Positions 8,221 through 16,018 of a stretch of DNA of 32,000 nucleotides are shown in pieces. Both the position numbers and the translations under genes were made by a program. Below the pieces are notes generated by a model. That model did not search any database. It had not been told where the DNA came from and saw nothing but the letters and a program-made list of their open reading frames with translations. The DNA is from Pirellulales bacterium (GTDB lineage Bacteria > Planctomycetota > Planctomycetia > Pirellulales > Pirellulaceae), in NCBI GenBank assembly GCA_046349935.1, contig JAXMBK010000009.1:141455-173454 (forward strand), written 5' to 3'. Each line of letters begins with the position of its first letter. The first letter of the stretch is position 1.

Positions 8221-10418
8221 CGCACGCCGACCACGCGTACTTCCGGCAGCGAGTCGCGCAGGTCCTTTTCGCCTTGGGCGGTGATTTGCGTGCCTTGGAC
8301 GCTCACGTATTTCAGTGAAGGACAAATGCGCAGATTCAGCATACAGGCGTCGGTGGTGTAGGTGTTGTCGAACTTCAATACCTTCAGCTTGCCCGTCATC
8401 GCGCAAATCGAAACGCCGTTGTCGGTGATGCGAGTATTCGACAGATCCAAGAATTCGATGTCATTCAAACGATAGAACTGGTCGGCGCCGTCGGTGGTCA
8501 CCGACGTTCCGCTGAGGTCCAGACCGACTAGGTTTCCAAGCTGACCGAGCGGCCGCACGGAGACGTCCGTGACGGCGGTCCCATGCAGGTCCAGGTACAC
8601 TCGGCCGGCGGCGGCCAGATCGGGAAGCAGCGGCGCCAGCCGGGCATCGTCCATGCCATCGGGAAACGCCGCTCGCCAAAAGTCCTGAAGCGTCTGATCG
8701 CCGCTCAGCGCTTGGCGGTCGACATACTCCAACTTCACGCCGACGGCGGCCAGCCGCGTCCGCGCTTCTTCCGTGTGATGGGCCGCGAAGGCGGACACGG
8801 CGGCTCGATGACCTTGCGCGACGACGACGAGCGCCATGATGGTTGCGAAGACGTACACCGCGGTTCGATTCGGCCGCCACCGACGTTGTTGAGCGAGGTC
8901 TGGGGCGCGGGGGAGCACGCGACAGGGAACGCCTAACGACTGAGCCAGCGCCAGCGCGAACGGATGGAAGGCCCCAATCGATTCTTCGTAGCTCCGAGTG
9001 AAATTGTCGAGTTCCGCGATCGTCACGGCCCGCTCGCGCAAGACCAACTGCACTTCGCAGTCCGCGTGGCTCCCAAGCGGCGTGGAGCGCGGGTCGCGTA
9101 GGCGAGAGGCGAGCGGCGCACCGACCGTGACCTTTTCGACGTCGCGCAACGTCGCTTCAATTTGCTGAACGCCTTCCTGCCACACCACCGATCCGCGTCG
9201 CCAATCCACCGTTGTTCGCCGGCGTCGCTGCAGCGGACGCAGATACATGCGCACCGCGAGCGTCACGACGACGAAAACGACGGCCGCGACCCAAAACCGC
9301 GAGGCTTCATAGGGGCGGCAAAGGCCCAGGGCGATCCCAAACAACGGGCCCGCGAGTGCGAAGGCCGCGATGCCGCCGCCGATCGCGGCGACGCCCCACT
9401 TCATCCCGGAAGGCCAGCCGTCCTTCACCAACTCGACTCGTTCGCCCGGCTTCCATTCCGACAACCGCGTCGCGGAGAACTCGCCGGTCCATTGATCGCG
9501 ATCAAATCGCACCGGCATCGTCGAGGCCGCCGGCGTCGGTTCGTCGGCGCGCGCGCGATAGTCGGCATGCGCGGCGAGGGCGGGAATGAGCGACACGACG
9601 CCGATTTGCCACGGACCTGCCGCCGCTTCGCGCGGCGACCGCGTCGGGTCGACGATCGGCCCCACCGACACTTCGTCCGCGAAGTCGTCGCCCTCCTCGT
9701 CGCCGTCGAATTCCTCATCCAAGTCGTCTTCTGCATCAGGCAAGTCGTCGAGGTCTTCGGCGGCCGAATCGGCGTCTCGATGCGTCGTCGCCTGCAGGGA
9801 GTGCGGCGTTAGGTGGTGGATGACGTAGTGCGAGTGGCCGGCGACACGAGCCGCACGCAGGAGGAAATCAAACGCTTCGGTGCGGCGGTCGATCTGGTCG
9901 ATGTCGATGCGCAGCTCCAGCGGCGGGCGTCCATTGCTGAACTGGATTTGCAGCGTCAATTGCAGCGGATCGCCCGATTCGGGGCCGATCGTCCAGCGGC
10001 ACGACTGGAGGTCGTCGAGCGGCAGGTGCAGCGACGCGTCGCGCGCGAGTGCTGCGCCTTCATAGAGGGCGGTGAATGTGCCGCGATGCCGATCCCACGT
10101 CAGTTCGTTCCATTGGCCGCGGTCCTGGCAGAACTTGGCGACCTGCCCCGCAATCTGGAAGCTCATGATGACGCCGACCACGACGATGATGCCGAGCGGC
10201 GCTAGATCGCCGCCGGGAAATTGGCCGTTCTCCTGCCATTTGGTCAGATCGTCGCCAAAGAAGGCCCAGACAAGTACGGCCAGTGCGGACAGCAGCAGGC
10301 AGGCGACGAGAAGCGGGGCCCAGCGAAAGAAAAGGCTGGGTTTGGCCCCGCACCAAGCGACGCGCAGGAGGGCGCCGGGGCGTTCGTCTTCAATCCGAAA
10401 GTAGGGTTGGGTTTCCAT
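8217..10418 (-). CDS. Multi-pass membrane protein with a duplicated 2TM+domain module, an acidic tract and C-terminal leucine-rich repeats
   Basis: ORF 8217..10418. Hydrophobic helices include LLVACLLLSALAVLVWAFF, LGIIVVVGVIMSF, GVAAIGGGIAAFALAGPLFGIAL, FWVAAVVFVVVTLAV and VYVFATIMALVVVA. Acidic run DLDDLPDAEDDLDEEFDGDEEGDDFADE. LRRs LDLHGTAVTD / LDLSGTSVTT / LDLSNTRITD. Confidence 0.8.
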   Translation of the reverse strand: METQPYFRIEDERPGALLRVAWCGAKPSLFFRWAPLLVACLLLSALAVLVWAFFGDDLTKWQENGQFPGGDLAPLGIIVVVGVIMSFQIAGQVAKFCQDRGQWNELTWDRHRGTFTALYEGAALARDASLHLPLDDLQSCRWTIGPESGDPLQLTLQIQFSNGRPPLELRIDIDQIDRRTEAFDFLLRAARVAGHSHYVIHHLTPHSLQATTHRDADSAAEDLDDLPDAEDDLDEEFDGDEEGDDFADEVSVGPIVDPTRSPREAAAGPWQIGVVSLIPALAAHADYRARADEPTPAASTMPVRFDRDQWTGEFSATRLSEWKPGERVELVKDGWPSGMKWGVAAIGGGIAAFALAGPLFGIALGLCRPYEASRFWVAAVVFVVVTLAVRMYLRPLQRRRRTTVDWRRGSVVWQEGVQQIEATLRDVEKVTVGAPLASRLRDPRSTPLGSHADCEVQLVLRERAVTIAELDNFTRSYEESIGAFHPFALALAQSLGVPCRVLPRAPDLAQQRRWRPNRTAVYVFATIMALVVVAQGHRAAVSAFAAHHTEEARTRLAAVGVKLEYVDRQALSGDQTLQDFWRAAFPDGMDDARLAPLLPDLAAAGRVYLDLHGTAVTDVSVRPLGQLGNLVGLDLSGTSVTTDGADQFYRLNDIEFLDLSNTRITDNGVSICAMTGKLKVLKFDNTYTTDACMLNLRICPSLKYVSVQGTQITAQGEKDLRDSLPEVRVVGVR

Positions 10419-10584
10419 CTGGGGCGACTCGCAAACGGCTGCTTTTTGCGCTGGTTCGGGCTCTTTAACGTTACCATTCCGGCGTTCAATTGTGACTTGC
10501 CGAAGAATTCTTGTCCGTCGGAACTCTCGTTCCCTAAGCGAGATGCGCCCGCAAATGCTACACAGAGAAAAGAAATTGCGGATT

Positions 10585-10617
10585 CCGTTTTGACAAACGG
10601 GAAACGTGAACTATTTT
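10585..10617 (+). promoter_or_regulatory. Candidate sigma70-like promoter for the Flp pilin gene, with an inverted repeat over the -35
   Basis: TTGACA (10590-10595), 16-nt spacer, TATTTT (10612-10617), about 70 nt upstream of the ATG at 10688. CCGTTT/AAACGG arms (10585-10600) bracket the -35. The region is locally AT-rich. Confidence 0.35.
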
Positions 10618-10687
10618 GGCACGCATCCCCACTAGCTCCCCCGCTAGTAATTCCCCTCCTGTCCCTCCCAGCTTAAGGACTCCCCTC

Positions 10688-10867
10688 ATGCGTACACTCC
10701 TGTGCGCCGTGTGTCGCTTTGCGCGCGAAGAAGAAGCCCCGACGATGGTCGAGTACGGCATTTTGGTCGCGGCGATCGCCATCCTGGTCGGAATGTCAGC
10801 CCACCTGCTCGCTGGAGTCGTTTCGGAAATGTTCCGCGACGCCGCAATCGTTTCGCAAGCCCGTTAG
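10688..10867 (+). CDS. flp: Flp family type IVb pilin (59 aa)
   Basis: Inner ATG of ORF 10616..10867, with AAGGA 9 nt upstream. It has the Flp motif ...EEAPTMVEYGILVAAIAILV (the EY + hydrophobic helix signature). Confidence 0.7.
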   Translation: MRTLLCAVCRFAREEEAPTMVEYGILVAAIAILVGMSAHLLAGVVSEMFRDAAIVSQAR

Positions 10868-10869
10868 CG

Positions 10870-10995
10870 CCACGTAGGACAGGCTTCCAGCCTGTCAGCC
10901 CCACGTAGTACAAGGCTTCCAGCCTGTCAGCCCCACGTAGTACAAGGCTTCCAGCCTGTCAACCCCACGTAGGACAAGGCTTCCAGCCTGTCAAG
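10870..10995 (+). repeat. Four tandem copies (31-32 bp) of a REP-like hairpin element
   Basis: CCACGTAG(G/T)ACA(A)GGCTTCCAGCCTGTCA(G/A)(C/G) starts at 10870, 10901, 10933 and 10965. The core stem is GACAGGCT-TCC-AGCCTGTC. There are no unique spacers. Confidence 0.9.
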
Positions 10996-11057
10996 TCGCC
11001 CCGCAAACGGTTGCTGAACGCCTACACGAACCGCATCCCCGGCTCGTGGACGGCGCA

Positions 11058-11534
11058 TTACGGTGGATGGTCGTGCCGACCTGACGAACTACCGCGGCCG
11101 GGCTGTATGCCGTCTACTTGCAGCTCGGGGCGATTCTCTCCTTGTTCCTTGACATGGACGCGCAGGGGAGACGTGGAATAGGCAGCGAAGCGAGGGTGGA
11201 CGACGCCCAGCGTGCTCCCACCCCCTCCGCGTAGGTTCTCGGCCATCACGAACTGCACGACGACCGCCTCGTGCTCGCCCGCTACTGCGCCATCCCCCGG
11301 CTCGAACGTCGTGAGCTCAAAACGTCCCTCGGAATCGATTTCGCCGCTTGCTTGCAGCGAGTGAGTGCGCGAGCGGAGTTCGATGGACCCGGTACGCACC
11401 GGACTGCCGTCGGGAAACACGACGCGTCCCCGGACGGGATAGGTCGGCGGCCGGTCGGAACGGCAGCCCGTTACTGTCACAAGTCCACTGAGAAGCAGAC
11501 AACCAGCCACGAGCGTCACGGACTGCGGCGTCAT
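11058..11534 (-). CDS. Small lipoprotein, partner of the DUF1559 gene (carboxypeptidase-regulatory/Ig-like beta domain suspected)
   Basis: Inner ATG at 11534 of ORF 11058..11897, with AGGAAA 6 nt upstream. Lipobox-type signal LLLSGLVTVTGC. YPVRGRVVFPDGSPV is typical of this partner family. It starts 11 nt after the DUF1559 stop. Confidence 0.7.
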   Translation of the reverse strand: MTPQSVTLVAGCLLLSGLVTVTGCRSDRPPTYPVRGRVVFPDGSPVRTGSIELRSRTHSLQASGEIDSEGRFELTTFEPGDGAVAGEHEAVVVQFVMAENLRGGGGSTLGVVHPRFAAYSTSPLRVHVKEQGENRPELQVDGIQPGRGSSSGRHDHPP

Positions 11535-11545
11535 TTGGTCGTTTC

Positions 11546-12559
11546 CTACCAAGCGGCGACCGGCGACTGGTCGGCGCGATTGCCGAGCCGCGCCAGCACC
11601 TCCGTGTCGATGCTCGCCGAAACAGCGCGGACGCTGCCGTCGCAGAGTGCAAAGTGGCAAATCTCGGAGTGCCAACTTCCCCATCCAGCCAGGGCGTTGC
11701 CTTCGGCTCGCATGCTGCGCGCGATCGGCACGGTCGGACCTCCGACCCGCGCCGAGTGGAACAAATTGTCCGCGTTGAACAGGAATGCATCTTCGGGCGA
11801 TCGTTGAAGTTTTCCCAGCGGCACATGCATTTCGCCGAGCAGAAACGTGTTCGACAGGCCGTCGAGCACTTCGCGGTGCGCCACTCGATCCAGCCAATCT
11901 AGCGGGCGATCCCCGGCGCAGCGCGCTCGACTGGAAATAATCACGCCGTTGCCGTTGCCGCCGTAATAGAAATCGTTAGGCAGGCCGGCGGCGCCGGGAG
12001 ACAGATCGCCGTGATTGCCGCCGTAATCGCCGACGGCGCCGCTGACGAGCGTCGAGGCGCTGGTGACGACCGGCACTTTACATCCGCAGGGCAACGTCCA
12101 GTACTGAGTCGTCGTCGTGACCACGGCGCCTTGTCCGACGGAACGCGATCGATCACGCCGCGTGGGGCACCAAAAGACGGGCGAGCCTGATTCGCGGACA
12201 GCATCCGGATGTTCCGCATAGGGGCGCGACAAATCCCAGCCGGCAGCCGCGCCCGCTTGCTCCGTATAAGGCAGAATGCGGGCGACCCACGTCGTTTCTT
12301 GTCCGCCGCAGGCGCTCTCGATCGGCTCGCCGGGGCGCGATTGATAACGGGCCGGCGGGTACGCACCGTTCGCGTCGTGGAACAATTCGGCGGCGAGCGA
12401 CAATTGACGCAAGTGATTGCGACACGTGCTGGCACGCGCCGCTTCCCGCGCTGCCTGGACGGCCGGCAGCAGCAAGGCGGCCAACAGCCCCAGGATGGCG
12501 ATCACCACCAAGAGTTCGATGAGCGTGAAACCTCGGCTGGGACGCTGCCAATGCAACAT
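11546..12559 (-). CDS. DUF1559 / H-X9-DG protein with prepilin-type N-terminal methylation domain
   Basis: N-terminus GFTLIELLVVIAILGLLAALLLPAVQAAREAAR. C-terminal HSEICHFALCDG fits H-x9-DG. Confidence 0.9.
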   Translation of the reverse strand: MLHWQRPSRGFTLIELLVVIAILGLLAALLLPAVQAAREAARASTCRNHLRQLSLAAELFHDANGAYPPARYQSRPGEPIESACGGQETTWVARILPYTEQAGAAAGWDLSRPYAEHPDAVRESGSPVFWCPTRRDRSRSVGQGAVVTTTTQYWTLPCGCKVPVVTSASTLVSGAVGDYGGNHGDLSPGAAGLPNDFYYGGNGNGVIISSRARCAGDRPLDWLDRVAHREVLDGLSNTFLLGEMHVPLGKLQRSPEDAFLFNADNLFHSARVGGPTVPIARSMRAEGNALAGWGSWHSEICHFALCDGSVRAVSASIDTEVLARLGNRADQSPVAAW

Positions 12560-12698
12560 GGTCGGACGCCTTACCTAATAGCGGGCCCGCGACATCGGCG
12601 CCCTGGCGTCTCCATCCTAGGTTGATTTGCAGGACATGTCCAGAAGCAAATAACTTGCAAGTGTGTCGCCGTTTCGGTCGCCGCGAGACTTGACTGTA

Positions 12699-13499
12699 TC
12701 AGGCTCGTTCGGCCAACGAGTCGCCCGGTCCCGACATGGGGCCCGACATGGGGCGCGGCAAGACGCCGAACGCCTCGCGGCAACGGCGGTATTTGGACAC
12801 AGGGCGCGGCTGCAGCTGTAGGTCGGCCACCAACTGCTTGAAGGGTTGCGGCAGTGCGTCGCGAAACTTCAATTCCAAGATCACTTGGTTTTCCAATAGC
12901 GGCTGGCCGGCGGTTACCGGCGCGACGGTCCACTGATCCCACAGTTGCCCTTGCACCCGACGATCCATGGTCAGTCGCAGCGGACCTTCTGCGCACGAGC
13001 CGTAGAAGGCGGCGCGCTCATAGGAAATCAAGCAAGTCGGCTGCAGACGCCGCCGCAGCAGACGTTGATGGAACCAGTGCCCCGGCCAGTCGGTGACCGC
13101 GAGCGTCGGCGCCAGTCGCTCAAGTTCGTCGACGAGCACTTTGTCGCGTCGCTTGGAGACCCTGTCCCCCGCCTTGTTCTTCCGTTCCAAAAAGACCCAC
13201 GGTTCATGCCCGTATCGACGTACTCGAAACTTGCGCCGTTTGTACTTCGGCGACCGGAAATATACGTCCGACTCGGGCGTGTCCGTGTATAAGCTGGTCG
13301 TCGAATAAGCCCCGCCCTGCTCGTCCGACGCGTGAATGTCGCGCGTCAAACGGGCGTTGGCCCAGCGCGTCACCTCGTCGGCGAGCGACTCGTCGAGGAG
13401 AAACTTGACTTCGAAGGCCGCCGCTCCGCCGCCGCGCGGCGTGAGCGACGGCGACTGAGCGGAGGAGGGATCAGGAACCGAATTGATCGAGTCAGTCAC
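12699..13499 (-). CDS. VTC domain (polyphosphate-polymerase-like, CYTH/TTM fold) protein
   Basis: FEVKFLL...YSTTSLYTDTPESDVYF...YKRRKFRVRRYG...VFLERKNK...SKRR matches the VTC pattern. The start is uncertain. I pick GTG at 13499 (AGGA 6 nt upstream). The long ORF 12699..13772 overlaps the CotH gene end. Confidence 0.75.
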   Translation of the reverse strand: MTDSINSVPDPSSAQSPSLTPRGGGAAAFEVKFLLDESLADEVTRWANARLTRDIHASDEQGGAYSTTSLYTDTPESDVYFRSPKYKRRKFRVRRYGHEPWVFLERKNKAGDRVSKRRDKVLVDELERLAPTLAVTDWPGHWFHQRLLRRRLQPTCLISYERAAFYGSCAEGPLRLTMDRRVQGQLWDQWTVAPVTAGQPLLENQVILELKFRDALPQPFKQLVADLQLQPRPVSKYRRCREAFGVLPRPMSGPMSGPGDSLAERA

Positions 13500-13558
13500 G
13501 GTGCGTCCTAAGTCAGGGGGCTGGCGCGGGGGAATCGCCGAGCGATGCGCGCGACGCG

Positions 13559-16018
13559 TCACTTGGTCGGCGGCTGGTACTTTAGCAAGTAAGCGCGACG
13601 CTGGTCGGCGAACGTTCGCAGCGGCAGGCCGCGACCGCCGGCGCCGGGCGCCGGTTGATCGGCGGTCGCTTGCAGGAACGCCTCGTACGACGCCAATTTG
13701 CGCGTGTCGGCCTTCACTTCGTCGGCGATCACCGCTCGGTGCTGCGCCACGATCGGGCCCAAGCGGGCCCAATCGAGCTGCTGGTCGGCGATTTCGCGGA
13801 CGTGTGCGAGGTATTTCGCTCGCAGCGAAGGGACGGCCAGCACTTTGCTGCGGAGCGGTTTACGAGCATCGTCGAGGGCGACGAGCGGATCGAGTTCGGC
13901 GCCGCCGCCGCGCGGGCCCCCGGGCCCGCCGAAGCCTCCACGCCCGCCGCCGGGAGGTCCACCTGGCGGGCCGCCGGCCCCCGGAGGTCCACCTTGCGGT
14001 CCGGCGCCGCCGGGCCCCCCAGGGCCGCCGCCCGGACCGCCTGGGCCGCCGCGACCGCCGCCGCCAAAGCCGCCGCCGCCAGGCCCCATCATGGCCCCAT
14101 GGAACGACTCGTTCATGTCATGCGGGATCACGTGGAACAGGCCCTTGGGGTCGCGATACAAGCTGTAGTCGCTGGCGCGGACCCAGTAGCCGTCATTGTT
14201 GATCAGCGCCACATCATAGGCCAGGAACCACAACAGTCCGTCCAAATCCAGCTGGGGCGCGAGGGCCGCTTCGAGTTGATCGGCGGGCGTCTCCTGCAGC
14301 GTTTTGCACAGCTTGATGAGCGCTTGCCAATCTTCGTCGCGATCCTTCGTCTTCAACTCATAGCGCCGGCGATAGTCGGCCACGTTGTCGCCGACGTAAT
14401 CAAGTCCGCCGCCGCCGCCCGGGCTGCCGCTGACTTTCCATCGCGCCCCTTGCGTCGTCTGAAAATGCTCCTTGAGGAACTCCTTGTTGAACTGCTGCAC
14501 GTTCACATAGACGCCCCAGCTCTCGCCATTAATCACCACCTTGACGTGGTTGGCTTTCGGCGTCGGCAAGTGTGCATTGGCGAGCTGTGAATACAGCACG
14601 GTGCTCAGTAGGGCCGGGTCGTCATTGGCGTTGAGCAGATTCAAGGTCTTGTAGCCGTACAGTCGTTGTTCGGGGTCGGTCAGGTCGACGGCCACATTGA
14701 GCGACCGTTTCGAACCGGCCGGCACCATGCCGAACGACGACATGCCGCGGAAGTGCACGCCGACGGTCTGATAGGTCTTCCCGTCGACGATCATCTTCGC
14801 CGGCATCTCCACGTCCGTGTCGCGGAAATCGGCCATCTCCGCCTCCCAGTCGGACGTATCAAACTCCAGGAAAATCGTGCGCAGGACGGTCGGATCATAC
14901 AAAGATGCGTCGGGAAAATTCTTCACGTCCGCCGGCGCAACCTTCGGCCCTGGCCGTCCCGGTTCGCGCGCCATCCCCATGCCCGGCCCGCCAAACGCCG
15001 GCATGACGCTCGCGATCGCGCGCCCCGTTTCCGTTGCATCGAGTGCTCCGTTTTTGTCGCCATCGACGTCCTTCCAGAGACCATCGACCGCTTTTTCGAT
15101 TTCGGCCCAAGTAAGCTTCCCGTCCATGTCCGCGTCCGCCTTCGCGAACAAAGCGCCGCCCAACATGGCCCCGGGATTGAACCCGCCGCGACCTGCCCCT
15201 GGCGGACCAAAACCGCCTGGCGGACCGAAGCCGCCGGGCCCTCCCGGCGGTGCACCGGGCGGAGGACCAGGAGGTGCGTTGCCCGGTTGCGGTGCGACTT
15301 GCCCGCCCGGAACGCCGGGGGGAGGACCGCCAGGACCGCCCGGCGGACCAAAACCACCCGGTGCGCCGCCCGGCGGGCCGAGACCACCGGGCCGACCTGG
15401 CGGCTGCGGCAAGATCGGCGTCAAGCCGTCGACGAATTGCTGTTCGGTAAGCGACCCCGACTTCGACGCCGCCTGCGACTCATAAAACTTCTTCAGCCCA
15501 GCGAGTGCTTCGTCGCGAGTCAGCTTGCCGTCTTGGTTTTGATCGAGCGCTTCGACGAGCGGCTGCGTGAAGAAGTCGCCCATCCCGCGGCCGCGTCCTC
15601 CCGGCCCACCACCTGGGCCGCCAGGACCGCCGCCGCCAGGACCAAAGCCTCGTCCGCCGTTCGGCCGCGCCGTTTTCACATGCGCCCGCGCTGCTTCCCG
15701 CTCTTCCTTGTTGAGCCAACCGTCGCCGTTCTTGTCGAACTGTTCCCGCACCTTCAGTTCTTGACGCATCGGCCCTCCCGGCCCGCGCCCGCCAGGACCT
15801 CCGCCAGGACCTCCGCCAGGCCCGCCGAAACCAGGTCCGCCGAATCCAGGTGGGCCGAATCCGCCACGCTCTGCGCCTGGCCCAGGCTGGCCTGGGGCTG
15901 GCTGTCCCGGGGGAGGCTGATTAGGAGCCGGCTGTTGAGCGACGAGCCACGGCAGCGACGAGCCGGCCCCGAGCATGGCGGCACCCAGGAGGGCGGAGGC
16001 CAAAAAACGCTTGCGCAT
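13559..16018 (-). CDS. Secreted CotH-family atypical protein kinase with four EF-hand loops and Gly/Pro-rich tracts
   Basis: Signal peptide MRKRFLASALLGAAMLGAGS. EF loops: DKNGDGWLNKEE (15701-15736), DQNQDGKLTRDE (15509-15544), DADMDGKLTWAE (15101-15136), DGDKNGALDATE (15029-15064). CotH core: FLEFD...VHFRGMSS...SLNV...YKTLNLLNANDDP...INGESWGVY...IPHDMNESF. Confidence 0.85.
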   Translation of the reverse strand: MRKRFLASALLGAAMLGAGSSLPWLVAQQPAPNQPPPGQPAPGQPGPGAERGGFGPPGFGGPGFGGPGGGPGGGPGGRGPGGPMRQELKVREQFDKNGDGWLNKEEREAARAHVKTARPNGGRGFGPGGGGPGGPGGGPGGRGRGMGDFFTQPLVEALDQNQDGKLTRDEALAGLKKFYESQAASKSGSLTEQQFVDGLTPILPQPPGRPGGLGPPGGAPGGFGPPGGPGGPPPGVPGGQVAPQPGNAPPGPPPGAPPGGPGGFGPPGGFGPPGAGRGGFNPGAMLGGALFAKADADMDGKLTWAEIEKAVDGLWKDVDGDKNGALDATETGRAIASVMPAFGGPGMGMAREPGRPGPKVAPADVKNFPDASLYDPTVLRTIFLEFDTSDWEAEMADFRDTDVEMPAKMIVDGKTYQTVGVHFRGMSSFGMVPAGSKRSLNVAVDLTDPEQRLYGYKTLNLLNANDDPALLSTVLYSQLANAHLPTPKANHVKVVINGESWGVYVNVQQFNKEFLKEHFQTTQGARWKVSGSPGGGGGLDYVGDNVADYRRRYELKTKDRDEDWQALIKLCKTLQETPADQLEAALAPQLDLDGLLWFLAYDVALINNDGYWVRASDYSLYRDPKGLFHVIPHDMNESFHGAMMGPGGGGFGGGGRGGPGGPGGGPGGPGGAGPQGGPPGAGGPPGGPPGGGRGGFGGPGGPRGGGAELDPLVALDDARKPLRSKVLAVPSLRAKYLAHVREIADQQLDWARLGPIVAQHRAVIADEVKADTRKLASYEAFLQATADQPAPGAGGRGLPLRTFADQRRAYLLKYQPPTK

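Noticed and set aside
7582-8406. 274-aa minus-strand ORF overlapping queC, the 140-aa gene and the LRR gene end
   Set aside because: It is Arg/Gly-rich, overlaps three better-supported genes and has no motifs.
10600-10630. Sigma54 promoter (TGGCAC at 10617-10622) upstream of flp
   Set aside because: The -12 element is missing: the sequence 5 nt downstream is CCCA rather than TTGC. The sigma70-like TTGACA-16-TATTTT fits better.
10870-10995. Possible mini-CRISPR (four ~32-bp palindromic repeats)
   Set aside because: The units are directly adjacent with no spacers. The same element occurs singly at 19802 and 21267, which fits a REP-like element.
13559-16018. Collagen-like triple-helix repeats in the CotH protein
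   Set aside because: The Gly/Pro tracts do not keep a G-X-Y period (runs such as GGPGGGPGG and PPGGFGPPG). They are more likely disordered linkers.
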